Assembly: GCA_945859975.1 (NCBI GenBank)
Contig: CAMAPH010000005.1
Coordinates: 1 to 64,000, forward strand
Source: Chthonomonas calidirosea
GTDB lineage: Bacteria > Armatimonadota > Fimbriimonadia > Fimbriimonadales > Fimbriimonadaceae
Direction of reading: 5' to 3'
Length of the DNA stretch: 64,000 nucleotides
The notes beneath the pieces were generated by a model. The model searched no databases and was not told the origin of the DNA. It saw only the letters and a program-made list of their open reading frames with translations. Position 1 is the first letter of the stretch, and each line of letters opens with the position of its first letter. A program made the translations under genes and the position numbers. Positions 20,572 to 29,949 of the stretch are shown piece after piece.

Positions 20572-20772
20572 ATGCCTACGGAAAAATCGGGAACTCGGTC
20601 AGGTGCGTTGATTATTGCCGCCGGAATCTTCTTCGGCGTCGGGGTAATTCTAATTATGGGAACCACCCCGCTGCCGCGAGTCGTTACCGTCGGGCTGATT
20701 GTCTTGCAGACCATCGCCTTCATCATGCTGGTCACCCTCGGCATCTCGACGCTCAAGAACCGGGTCGACTGA
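20572..20772 (+). CDS. Small 2-TM hypothetical protein
   Basis: Two hydrophobic helices. Fills the intergenic gap. Confidence 0.6.
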   Translation: MPTEKSGTRSGALIIAAGIFFGVGVILIMGTTPLPRVVTVGLIVLQTIAFIMLVTLGISTLKNRVD

Positions 20773-20774
20773 CC

Positions 20775-22712
20775 CTACTTTACGGGTGCCCCTTCGGGCG
20801 CCTCGCGATCGGGCTGGAGCAGAATGGCGCCGCCGTTCTCGTCCGTCGCGGCCAGAAGCATTCCGTTGCTATCGACTCCGCGGAGCTTCGCTGGTTTCAA
20901 GTTCACCACGACGATGATCTGTCGACCGATGAGGTCTTCCGGCGTGTAATCCTTGCGGATTCCGCTGACGATTTGGCGTTTTTCTTCGCCGATCATCACT
21001 TGGAGTTTATAGAGTTTGTCGGCTCCTTCGATTGCTTCTGCTTCCACGATGCGGGCGACGCGGAACTTCACTTTGGCAAAGTCTTCAATGGTGATTTCGG
21101 TTGGGGTTTCTTCCACTTTTGGTTTGTCCTCTTTTGCGGGCTTTGGCTCTTTCGGTGCTTTCGGTTCGGGTGCCTTCTTTTCGATTTCGAGCCTTGGAAA
21201 AATGGGTTGCGGGTTCTGGAGGGCGGTGCCGGCAGGTAGCGATGTCGGGTCTCCAATTTGGTCCCAGTGCGTGGTCGGTGCGACGCCGAGCTGAGTGGCG
21301 AGTGCATCGGCAGCAGATGGCAGCAACGGGCGCACAAGGCCCTCGGCCGCTCTCATCACGTGCAAAGTTGACGTGATGACGGCGGCTAGCTCAGGGTCAT
21401 TGTTTTTGGCCAATGCCCACGGCGCGCGGGAATCGATGTACTTGCCCAAGAACCGAATGAGGCCGAATGCAGCCGAACTGGCCCGAGCGATCTCGTAGTC
21501 GGACATCGCGACGGCAAACGCCTGCTTTGCTTCCTGAATCGCCTGGACCGCTTCTGCCTCCGGCGCCACGTCCGGCACGGTTGAGAATCCGAATTTGTGC
21601 GCGATGCTGAGGCTACGGTTGAGCGCGTTGCCAAGGTCGTTGGCAAGGTCGGCGTTGTAGCGCAGGTCAAAGTCCTCGTAGGTGAACTGCGAGTCGTTCT
21701 CCAGGGACATCGTCGCGGTGAGGTAGTGCCGGAGGGCATCCACGGCAATTTCTTGAGAAATCGAAGCCCTCTCGGCAAGAGCGTCGGCGAGCTCAATCGG
21801 GCGCACGACATTCCCTTTCGTCTTGCTCATCTTGTCGCCGCCGAGGAGAACCCAGCCATGGGCGACGACGGTGTCAAACAGCGGCAGTCCGGCCCCGAGC
21901 AGCATCGCGGGCCACAGGGTGGCGTGAAAGCGAGTGAGGATGTCCTTTCCGACCCATTGCACGGTCGCTGGCCACTTACTGTCCCAGTCCGGCGCATCTG
22001 GCCAGCCGGTGCTCGCGATGTAGTTGATCAGCGCGTCAAACCAAACGTAAATGACGAGGTCATCTCGGCCTGGAACCGGGATGCCCCAGCCCGGATTCTT
22101 GCGGGTGATGCAGATATCGCGCAGACCTTGGTTGATAAACGAGATGACCTCGTTGCGTCGATTGTTAGGCCGGATGAAGCTTGGGTTCGCTTCAATGTGC
22201 TCCTTCAGGGTTTCTTCGAAGGCAGAGAGTCGGAAAAAGAAGTTCTCCTCGCTCACCCACCGGACTTCATTCCCATCTGGGCTCTTGCCATCGACCAAGT
22301 CTTCTTCGCGGAAGAAGGTCTCGGTGGAGACGTCGTACCAGCCTTCGTACAAGCCGCTGTAGATGTGGCCGTTTTCCTGGAGTTTGCTAAACAGCGCCTG
22401 GCTAGCTCGGACGTGGCGGTCAGATGTCGTGCGGATGAAATCGTCGTAGCTGATCTTTGTCGCGTCAAAGATGTCTTGGAAGCGCTTGGAAATCTCGGCA
22501 ACGAACTCATACGGATCGCGCCCCTGCGCCTCGGCGGCCTCTTTGATCTTCAGTCCGTTCTCGTCGGTGCCGACTTGGAAGAACACGTCGTGTCCGCGCA
22601 ATCGAAGGTATCGCGCCGTGACGTCGCCACTCAGATCGGTGAGGATGTTTCCAATATGGGGGACGCTGTTGACGTACGGAATGGCGGTGCAAACGGTCGA
22701 CTTGTGAGCCAT
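20775..22712 (-). CDS. metG: Methionine--tRNA ligase with C-terminal tRNA-binding domain
   Basis: PHIGN, YVWFDAL, KMSKT and a C-terminal OB domain (NLKPAKLRGVDSNGM). Confidence 0.97.
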   Translation of the reverse strand: MAHKSTVCTAIPYVNSVPHIGNILTDLSGDVTARYLRLRGHDVFFQVGTDENGLKIKEAAEAQGRDPYEFVAEISKRFQDIFDATKISYDDFIRTTSDRHVRASQALFSKLQENGHIYSGLYEGWYDVSTETFFREEDLVDGKSPDGNEVRWVSEENFFFRLSAFEETLKEHIEANPSFIRPNNRRNEVISFINQGLRDICITRKNPGWGIPVPGRDDLVIYVWFDALINYIASTGWPDAPDWDSKWPATVQWVGKDILTRFHATLWPAMLLGAGLPLFDTVVAHGWVLLGGDKMSKTKGNVVRPIELADALAERASISQEIAVDALRHYLTATMSLENDSQFTYEDFDLRYNADLANDLGNALNRSLSIAHKFGFSTVPDVAPEAEAVQAIQEAKQAFAVAMSDYEIARASSAAFGLIRFLGKYIDSRAPWALAKNNDPELAAVITSTLHVMRAAEGLVRPLLPSAADALATQLGVAPTTHWDQIGDPTSLPAGTALQNPQPIFPRLEIEKKAPEPKAPKEPKPAKEDKPKVEETPTEITIEDFAKVKFRVARIVEAEAIEGADKLYKLQVMIGEEKRQIVSGIRKDYTPEDLIGRQIIVVVNLKPAKLRGVDSNGMLLAATDENGGAILLQPDREAPEGAPVK

Positions 22713-22764
22713 GCGGGTTTGGGGAGAGTGTACCGGCGGGTAGGGATTTGCTAAACTCCTGATC

Positions 22765-23790
22765 GTGCACCAACTTGAATCGGAGATAAGCGCCGCACGA
22801 GAATTTCTTGCGGGTGAGCATCCGGCTCCTAGCAATGAGCTGCAAACATGTGACTGGGTGATCGTACCGATTCTTCAAGCAATAGGCTATAAACGAACTG
22901 CCATCCTTGCCCAAGGAGGGACTGAAACGGCAGGTCGGCCCGACTATCTCATTAAAGCCGAACAGCCTTGGCTCTTGGAAGCGAAAGCTTGGTCCTCACC
23001 GCTCACAGTAGAAAACGCACGTCAAGCCACCGGTTACGCTTATCAGAATTCATTTCAATGGGTGGTCTTAACGAACGGCAAGCTTTGGCATCTCTATGAT
23101 GCGTTTCAGGTTGAGTTTCAACGCCGCCTCGTGGTTGAATTCAGAATTGAGTCTCCATTGTTCAAAGATTTCGTTCTGTGCCTTTCACCCGGGAAGATCG
23201 ATATTGAAAGAATCTTGGAACTTAAATCAAGCGCAGCTGGAATCGAACTGTTAGGCAGAATCGCATCGGGCCTAGATGACGGAGTAATTCCAGTTCTACA
23301 AGCTTACGTAAAGTCAAAGTCGGGTTACGAACCTTCTCCGGCTGAAATCATCGAGCATCTTGATCTACAGAGCCAACTGAGCGCACAGTACTCAATCGTT
23401 GATGTTGCGCCAATCGGACCGTCCACGGAATCTAAGGATGGTTCGGAAGGAGTTGAAATATACATTAGTACCGATACCGTTTCGGCAAGAGGTGTGCTCC
23501 ACACTACCGGCGAAATTACGGTTCTTGCAGGCAGTAAGGGTAATGCGATTCATTCCGTGGATCATCGAACAAAGTACGTAGAATTGCGCCAAAAATACGA
23601 ACAACTTGGTGTTCTTCGAATCAGCGGAGATTCCTGCGAATTCACAACTGATTTACGCATGAAGAAGCCTAGCTCAGCTTCCCAAGTGTTATTTGGACGT
23701 TCAAGCAATGGCTGGCAAGAATGGCACGACAAGGCCGGAAATTCTATCAGCGTGTACAAGGCAAATCGCCCTAACCCAACCAGCGCTTGA
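22765..23790 (+). CDS. PD-(D/E)XK nuclease (HsdR N-terminal-like) fused to a DUF4357/RAMA-like domain
   Basis: RPDY...LLEAK, QATGYA and VLTNG..W.LY. C-terminal ITVLAGS...PSSASQVLFGRSSNGWQEW. Confidence 0.75.
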   Translation: MHQLESEISAAREFLAGEHPAPSNELQTCDWVIVPILQAIGYKRTAILAQGGTETAGRPDYLIKAEQPWLLEAKAWSSPLTVENARQATGYAYQNSFQWVVLTNGKLWHLYDAFQVEFQRRLVVEFRIESPLFKDFVLCLSPGKIDIERILELKSSAAGIELLGRIASGLDDGVIPVLQAYVKSKSGYEPSPAEIIEHLDLQSQLSAQYSIVDVAPIGPSTESKDGSEGVEIYISTDTVSARGVLHTTGEITVLAGSKGNAIHSVDHRTKYVELRQKYEQLGVLRISGDSCEFTTDLRMKKPSSASQVLFGRSSNGWQEWHDKAGNSISVYKANRPNPTSA

Positions 23791-25792
23791 TCCAGCCGAG
23801 ATACTCCCCGATTCGGTGCAGCCGAAGATCGGGCGGGCCGGAGCGGGAGAGGCCGTGGGAGGTGGTTACTGGGTAGCGGACGAACCGGGACGGAACCCCC
23901 TGCTGCTGAAGCGCGGTGAAAACCTGCTCGCCTTGCTCGACGTTACAGCGCAGATCGCCTTCGCTGTGGATGACCAATGTCGGCGTCTTTACGTTTTGGA
24001 AGTACGCAATCGGCGACTGGCGCCAAAGTTCCTTAATGTCCTCTAGCGAGCCCCAAGCGACTCCCTTGAAGTAGCCGTCCTTGTTGAACGGGAAGTCGCT
24101 GTTCCCCGCCATCGAGACCATGTTGCTGACGCATCGGTCCGTAATCGCGCAAGCGAACTCCTGGGTTTGGCCGATGATCCAGTTGGTCATGTAGCCGCCA
24201 TAGCTGCCGCCCATGACGCCAAGCTTAGAGGCGTCTGCCCAAGGCTGCGCTTTCATCCAGGCAGTAACGGCTTGCATATCGATCCAATCTTTGTTGCCCC
24301 AATCGCCGCTGATTGCCGCGCAATGCGCCTCGCCGTAGCCCTTACTTCCGCGCGGATTGCTGTAAACAACGGCATAACCTGCGGCCGCGAAGACTTGGAA
24401 TTCGTGGAAGTAGGTCCAGCCGTACTGCGTGTGCGGGCCGCCATGGATGTTCAACAGAACCGGCTGCTTCTTAGTCGCGTCAGGCACGATGCTCCAGACG
24501 TGGACTTTTGTGCCATCGGTGGTCTGCACCCAGTGTTCGGCGGGCGCAAACAGCTCTACTTCCTCCAGGAGCGCCTGGTTGAAGTCGCTCAATTGCTTGG
24601 CTACAAGTCGACCGGTGCCAAGTTCCGGCCCCACGAGGGCAAGCTCTGGTAGCTGGGTCGGATTGCCAATAACCCCCGCGACGTTGCCGTCGGCATCCAC
24701 GCTTCCCAAGCTGATGGAATGGCGACCTTCAGTGAGCAAAGTGATTCCACCATCGACGGAGATGAAGCCAATCTGGCTTTCGCCGAAGTGCCCTACCTGA
24801 GTGAACAGTCCGGTGGAATCAGTATTCCAAATCAGGTTCGCACCGAACGATGCTTCTCCGGCATCGCTCAAAGTGGCGACGGCGATGTCGAAGTCTTGAG
24901 CGCCGGTCAAGTCCGTCGGAGCGCCGCCTTTCGGCTTAATCAGATACGCCTTCGTGTTGCGCGTGCCCCAAGGATCGCTTTCGTCCGTGTCTCCGGCATA
25001 GGCAATCCACTGCCCATCGGGCGAGTACGTCGGTACCGACTTATCGCCCTTTGGCAGACCAGAAAGTCGGAAGGCTTCGCCCTTAAGATTGAGGCGATAA
25101 AGCTGATCGTTCGGGGTTTGCCGACTCGGGAAGTCGTTCGCCGTATGCGCGACGATTAGCTCTTGGCTGTTCGGGTGCCAGTTGTAACTGTAGTTTCCGT
25201 CTGGTGCGCCAGCGTAGCGGGTGACTTCGGTCGCAAACGTTCCCGGCTCCGTTGGTAGCTTGAGAATAATGATTTGGTAGCGCTGACCGGCAAAATATCC
25301 GTCTCCGTCGAGGCGGTACCAAATGTCGTCAATTTCGATTGGCGGCAGACTTGCGCCGCTCTCCTCTCGTTCCTTCTTTGCCTTAGCGGTGAAGTTTGCC
25401 TGGGTCTCACGGAAGGTGACCGCAACGTGCTGACCGTCCGGAGAAATCTTAAAGTCGGCCAGTGATCCTTCTGGGAGCTTGGTGACAGCGAATGCCTCGC
25501 CTCCCGCAATCGGAAGCTGAAAAATTTGGCTGAGGGGTTTCTCTCGGCCCGAAGTGAACAGAATGCCCGTTCCATCGGGGAGCCAGCGACCATGCCCATT
25601 GCCGCTTTCACCCTGGGTCAAGGGCCGGCGGTTGCCTTCCCGATCCGACACCCACAGGTTCGTAACGTAGTGCTTCTTCTCGTTAATGTGCTTTCTTGTG
25701 AACAACACCAATTGCCCATCAGGGCTAAATTGGGGATCACCGACGAGGATGTAGCGAAGCAAATCGTCTGGAGAAATCGGCCGCTTGGGCAT
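23771..25792 (-). CDS. S9 family (acylaminoacyl/prolyl oligo)peptidase
   Basis: Beta-propeller N-terminus. IHGGP, GGSYGG, DLRC and SHG catalytic motifs. Confidence 0.93.
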   Translation of the reverse strand: MPKRPISPDDLLRYILVGDPQFSPDGQLVLFTRKHINEKKHYVTNLWVSDREGNRRPLTQGESGNGHGRWLPDGTGILFTSGREKPLSQIFQLPIAGGEAFAVTKLPEGSLADFKISPDGQHVAVTFRETQANFTAKAKKEREESGASLPPIEIDDIWYRLDGDGYFAGQRYQIIILKLPTEPGTFATEVTRYAGAPDGNYSYNWHPNSQELIVAHTANDFPSRQTPNDQLYRLNLKGEAFRLSGLPKGDKSVPTYSPDGQWIAYAGDTDESDPWGTRNTKAYLIKPKGGAPTDLTGAQDFDIAVATLSDAGEASFGANLIWNTDSTGLFTQVGHFGESQIGFISVDGGITLLTEGRHSISLGSVDADGNVAGVIGNPTQLPELALVGPELGTGRLVAKQLSDFNQALLEEVELFAPAEHWVQTTDGTKVHVWSIVPDATKKQPVLLNIHGGPHTQYGWTYFHEFQVFAAAGYAVVYSNPRGSKGYGEAHCAAISGDWGNKDWIDMQAVTAWMKAQPWADASKLGVMGGSYGGYMTNWIIGQTQEFACAITDRCVSNMVSMAGNSDFPFNKDGYFKGVAWGSLEDIKELWRQSPIAYFQNVKTPTLVIHSEGDLRCNVEQGEQVFTALQQQGVPSRFVRYPVTTSHGLSRSGPPDLRLHRIGEYLGWIKRWLG

Positions 25793-25830
25793 CCTGATAG
25801 GTTACCTTCGGGCTTGGTACGCTGGGCAGG

Positions 25831-26361
25831 ATGGGGCAGCGAATCTGGATTAGGGGGACAACGGGATCTGGCAAATCGACGCTCGCGAAAGCAATCTCAG
25901 AGCGCCTAGGTATCGCGCAAGTTGAGCTAGATGACCTGTGGCATCTACCGGGTTGGCAAGTCCGCCCACGTGAAGAATTCTTCGCCTTACTGGAAGAAAA
26001 TCTTGGCCAGCCTAGCTGGGTCATTTCCGGCAACTATTCGGTGGCGACCGAAGTCATCTTGCCCAAAGTCACGATGGTAGTTTGGCTAGACTACTCGCGC
26101 GGAACGAGCTTCTGGCGATTGTTTCGGCGAACGGTTTCTCGCGTCTGGAACCGAAAGCCGTGTTGCAACGGAAACTACGAATCGCTTTGGCGCAGCCTCT
26201 CCCTAGACTCGATTCTGGTCTGGCATCTAAAGACCTACTCAGTTAACCGAAAACGAATTGATCTTGCAGCCCAGGACCCGGCCTTTGCTCATTGTCGCCA
26301 AATCGTATTGCACAACCAGGCTGAAACCGACGCCTGGCTTAGCTCGCTGGGAAACGCTTAA
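25831..26361 (+). CDS. P-loop kinase, adenylate kinase-like / topology modulation protein family
   Basis: GTTGSGKST, ELDDLWHLPGW, WVISGNY. Confidence 0.8.
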   Translation: MGQRIWIRGTTGSGKSTLAKAISERLGIAQVELDDLWHLPGWQVRPREEFFALLEENLGQPSWVISGNYSVATEVILPKVTMVVWLDYSRGTSFWRLFRRTVSRVWNRKPCCNGNYESLWRSLSLDSILVWHLKTYSVNRKRIDLAAQDPAFAHCRQIVLHNQAETDAWLSSLGNA

Positions 26362-26884
26362 CGACCGACAACACATCCCGAAACTTAGGATGCGCTGCGG
26401 TCGACATCCATTCATAGACCACGGATTCTGAGTGAGATATCTCGGCACCAAAGTCTCGGGCTCGGGCCAGCCCGTTTTGGGTCATGTCTGTGCTCCGGGA
26501 CGAAACGGCATCGGCGGCCACGACAACCGGCACGCCGGCCGCGCGAAGGTCTCGAACAGTTTGGGCAACACAGATGTGCGCCTCCACACCAACAACCACG
26601 ACCGCCGAAGTGAAGTAGCTTTCGCCGAACGGCTCCACGGCAGAAAAGGCCATCTTAGGACGCACGTCCTGACAGAACTGAGCGATCTGAGGGTCGAGCT
26701 TTCCGAGTCGATCTGGGTTTTGTTCGGTTGCTACAACCGGCACGCCAAGCTGCGCGGCGCACTCCGCCAAGAATCTCGTGCGTTGAATCACCTGCTCGGC
26801 ACCGTGAATGACCTTCAGAAATTCGGTTTGGACATCAACAACCAATAAAAGGCTCGATTCTGCTGCTAGTTTCAAGATCGGCAC
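26339..26884 (-). CDS. Isochorismatase family hydrolase
   Basis: LLVVDVQ, TEQNP, KMAFS, GVEAHICVAQT. Confidence 0.9.
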   Translation of the reverse strand: MPILKLAAESSLLLVVDVQTEFLKVIHGAEQVIQRTRFLAECAAQLGVPVVATEQNPDRLGKLDPQIAQFCQDVRPKMAFSAVEPFGESYFTSAVVVVGVEAHICVAQTVRDLRAAGVPVVVAADAVSSRSTDMTQNGLARARDFGAEISHSESVVYEWMSTAAHPKFRDVLSVVKRFPAS

Positions 26885-27031
26885 GGCCTCATTTTACGTC
26901 TAGTACAACGGGTTGCTCGTTGAAGCTAAACTAGGGTGCTTCGTCACATTGTGATGAACATCTCGATTTGCAGACTTCGAGAGCGAGCACGGGGCCGAGA
27001 AATCGTCCTCTTGTTAGGAGAACACTTAAAC

Positions 27032-27535
27032 ATGAACAAGGCAATTTGGGCGGCAGTGGCCGCATTCGGCATCGTGGCTGGTGCCCAGGCACAAGGCTAT
27101 CCATACAACTTCACCGTGCGCGGCGGCGTTGTTTTCCCGATCGACTCGTCGTACTCGAACGTAAGCAGCACGTTCTTCGGCGTTGGCATCGATTACACCT
27201 TCACTTCGCCTCTTATCAAGGGCGGCGAGACTTACCTCTCGCTGGATTACCACGCCAAGACTTTCGGAAAGGACAAGGGATCGGTCTTCCCAATCGCCCT
27301 CAACCAGCGAATCTTCGGAAAGGCTAACTCGGAAGGAAATCGAACCTACGTATTCTTCGGCCTCGGCGCAACTGTCGTCGACTTCGCCGGATCGGAAACC
27401 GTGCTTGGCGCCCGATTCGGTGCAGGTATTGAGCTCAGCACATCCCTCATCGGCGAAGCAACGCTTTACCTCGCCGACAAGAAGAACGGCGTCCAGCCGA
27501 ACTCGTTCGGCCTGTTCCTTGGTTACAAGTTCTAA
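27032..27535 (+). CDS. Small outer-membrane beta-barrel protein
   Basis: Signal peptide ending AQA, alternating beta strands, C-terminal LGYKF, AGGAG SD. Confidence 0.8.
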   Translation: MNKAIWAAVAAFGIVAGAQAQGYPYNFTVRGGVVFPIDSSYSNVSSTFFGVGIDYTFTSPLIKGGETYLSLDYHAKTFGKDKGSVFPIALNQRIFGKANSEGNRTYVFFGLGATVVDFAGSETVLGARFGAGIELSTSLIGEATLYLADKKNGVQPNSFGLFLGYKF

Positions 27536-27544
27536 GCTAATAGC

Positions 27545-28297
27545 TTAGGCTCGTTTCCGCGCTAGCACCTGTCCGACAAGCTCGGCCAGGTGCTTTTCTT
27601 TGACCGGCCGGTTCCCATCTCGATCGAGGATGCGCACGATTGGCGGCAACTGTTGGAAGCCACCGGTTGCCGAATCAAGATCGGCCGCGATGTCGAGCAT
27701 TTCCAGCCCGTCCATCAGCACGTCGTCCAGCTCACGGCTCTCCCATGGACCCTTAACGCGGGCGATGTATTCAAACACGCCGCGGATTCGCTCCGAACCA
27801 GAGCCTGCACAGGCATAGGCTCCGTTTTCAAAGCGGGCTCCAGCTCCGTCGAAGAAGTAGACGGCGAAGTCTTCCTTCTTCTCATCATAGGCCGCGACGA
27901 TCGGAAGGAAAAGGCCGATGCCCTGCATCGCCATGGGAGCATTGCCTGCGAGGGCTCGGCTGATCTCGGCCAGCTTCCCTTCCAGCGACATCTCGTTGAG
28001 GGTCACCCGACGGTAGTACTTAAAGTTGTGCTTGAGGTACCGACAGACCTCGATGGACTTGGCAAAAGCACCCGAAATGGCCACGACCATCTTGTCATCA
28101 AGGGCGAGGACCTTTTCGGCCTTGTCGAACATGATGAGGTTTCCGGCGGTGGCGCGGCGATCCGACAGGATCAAGACGCCGCCACGGTAACGGACGGCGA
28201 GCACGGTTGTGCCGTGGACTTCGTCGTGGGTTCCCATCGGGGTCAAGGTCACCAACTCGCTAAAGTCGCGGGCTGGACCAGCAAAGGCAGTTGCCAT
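27545..28297 (-). CDS. prcB: 20S proteasome beta subunit
   Basis: 29-aa propeptide ending HG|TTVLAV (Thr1 nucleophile), DRRATAG, AEKV, GSGS, AADLDSATGG. Confidence 0.92.
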   Translation of the reverse strand: MATAFAGPARDFSELVTLTPMGTHDEVHGTTVLAVRYRGGVLILSDRRATAGNLIMFDKAEKVLALDDKMVVAISGAFAKSIEVCRYLKHNFKYYRRVTLNEMSLEGKLAEISRALAGNAPMAMQGIGLFLPIVAAYDEKKEDFAVYFFDGAGARFENGAYACAGSGSERIRGVFEYIARVKGPWESRELDDVLMDGLEMLDIAADLDSATGGFQQLPPIVRILDRDGNRPVKEKHLAELVGQVLARKRA

Positions 28298-28479
28298 TAT
28301 TCGCCTGACCGCTGGCGATATTTCTTCGCCTGATCGGGGTCGATCTTCTTCATTCGGCGCAGGAGTTCGTTTCCACCTTCCGGCTTCTGCACGTCGGGCG
28401 CACTTGGTCCAGATTCATCGCCCATCTTTCGATCTGGGCTAGGGTTCAGCGGTCTTGTGAGTCGATCTCCGTCCGTCAT
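28297..28479 (-). CDS. ubact: Prokaryotic ubiquitin-like protein UBact
   Basis: 60-aa disordered-looking protein ending LLRRMKKIDPDQAKKYRQRSGE (UBact C-terminal R[ST]G[EQ]). Lies between dop and prcB. Confidence 0.92.
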   Translation of the reverse strand: MTDGDRLTRPLNPSPDRKMGDESGPSAPDVQKPEGGNELLRRMKKIDPDQAKKYRQRSGE

Positions 28480-29933
28480 TTCATCTCTCTCATGGCTTGG
28501 ATAAACGTATTTACGTTCGCAAGCGCGTCCAGTTCCAGATTGTACGTCTGGTCAGGCCAAAGTTCCACATCTTCTTGCTGGCCGTTGACCTCAAAAGTTA
28601 GCGATCGCCAAGCGGCGGATTTCAAGTGGCTTGCAAAGTGCTGAACCGCATAGCCGCGCACCCATGCCCGCGAATGCTCCGGCTCCCAGATTGCTTCGGG
28701 GTTTGGCCCGACCAGATCCATATCCACCAGGGCTGAATGCAGGCTCTCTTCCGCGTTCAGGTTGTGATACTCCAAGTCGTAAGATCGCAAGGCGGGGTCG
28801 TTCCAGTCGGTTCCGGAATCTTGCATGTACATCTCCAGCATCTGCCGCTTGGCAGCCCAGTCGACGGCCCGGGCGAACGACGGAAAGTCGGTTCGCAGGC
28901 TTCGGAGCAGCTTTCGGCTCTCCTCGATGATGGATTGCAGCTCATCGTCTAGGTCTAGGAATCGTTCTGCGGCGGAGAAGTAGGACTCAAGGATTTCGTC
29001 GGCGGTAGTCCAACTGTCCTTGGCTAGAGGAATTTCGAAGCGGTAACCCTCATCGCGGCTGATCGACTGGAACGATCGCACCGGGTCCTTGATGTCCCAG
29101 AGCGGAGCCGCTCCGATTTCGGTGAGGGCGACAGCGAGTTTCACAAGCCCAACCTTGCGGAACGTGCTCGCTGCGATCATATTTGCATCCCCGGAAATCA
29201 CGTGGAGGCGTATGAAGTCAGTCGGGCGAGAATGCGGCTCGTCGCGGGTGTTGAAGAGCGGCCGGCGGTAAAGGGTCTCGGCGTTAGCGGGCTCGACAAT
29301 GAAGTCCGCGCGCTGGCTGATCTGATACGGCACCTTCGCACCCGTCTCGGAGCCAACTTTGCCGGAGCCGGTTAAGATTTGCCGGACGAGCAGCATGGGC
29401 ATAACACCCTTGAAAAGCTTTTCGTAGCCGACAGAACGCGAGACCAAATAGTTCTCGTGCGTCCCCCATGATGCGCCGTGGAAATCGGTGTTGTTCTTGT
29501 ACAGGGCTACTGACTTGCCAGTCTTGTCTTCGTAGGCGCGGGCAGTTTGCCGAAGAATCTCATCGCCCGCGAGTTCGTGGCCAACTAAGCCGCGTAGGGT
29601 GAAGCACTCAGGAGTGGCGTATTCCGGATGACCGTGGTCGTTATAAAATCGCCCGCCGGTGGTTAGGACACGATCCGAGCGGATTTCGACAGATGAGCCG
29701 TAGGTTCGTCCTGCATCGAACTTTGCGTCCTCGGGGTCAAAGGCAAGCGCGTCTAGGCGAAAGCCGCGCAGATCGGATCGAGGAGCTTCGTGCCGATAAT
29801 CCCAGCCGACAAACGCCGTCCCGGGAAAGGTTCGGACGAACGCTTGTGAATCTTCGATCTGGTTTTCAGCACCACGGGCCTCGACCGAGAATCCATACTC
29901 GGTATCGAGGCCCGCGAGAATTGGGCGCATCAT
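28476..29933 (-). CDS. dop: Pup/UBact ligase-deamidase family protein, Dop-type
   Basis: GLDTEYG, WDY..E.P..DLRG (Dop loop), FYNDHGHPEYATPEC, KNNTD..GASWGTHENYL, QISQRAD, NTRDEPH, RLHVISGDAN, DLEYH. Confidence 0.85.
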   Translation of the reverse strand: MMRPILAGLDTEYGFSVEARGAENQIEDSQAFVRTFPGTAFVGWDYRHEAPRSDLRGFRLDALAFDPEDAKFDAGRTYGSSVEIRSDRVLTTGGRFYNDHGHPEYATPECFTLRGLVGHELAGDEILRQTARAYEDKTGKSVALYKNNTDFHGASWGTHENYLVSRSVGYEKLFKGVMPMLLVRQILTGSGKVGSETGAKVPYQISQRADFIVEPANAETLYRRPLFNTRDEPHSRPTDFIRLHVISGDANMIAASTFRKVGLVKLAVALTEIGAAPLWDIKDPVRSFQSISRDEGYRFEIPLAKDSWTTADEILESYFSAAERFLDLDDELQSIIEESRKLLRSLRTDFPSFARAVDWAAKRQMLEMYMQDSGTDWNDPALRSYDLEYHNLNAEESLHSALVDMDLVGPNPEAIWEPEHSRAWVRGYAVQHFASHLKSAAWRSLTFEVNGQQEDVELWPDQTYNLELDALANVNTFIQAMREMK

Positions 29934-29949
29934 GCTCGGTTCTACGTAC

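Noticed and set aside
21597..22754. 385-aa ORF antisense to metG, and similar long antisense ORFs (e.g. 8530-9465, 11488-12405, 29932-30828)
   Set aside because: Shadow ORFs of GC-rich coding sequence with no recognisable motifs, fully overlapping confident genes.
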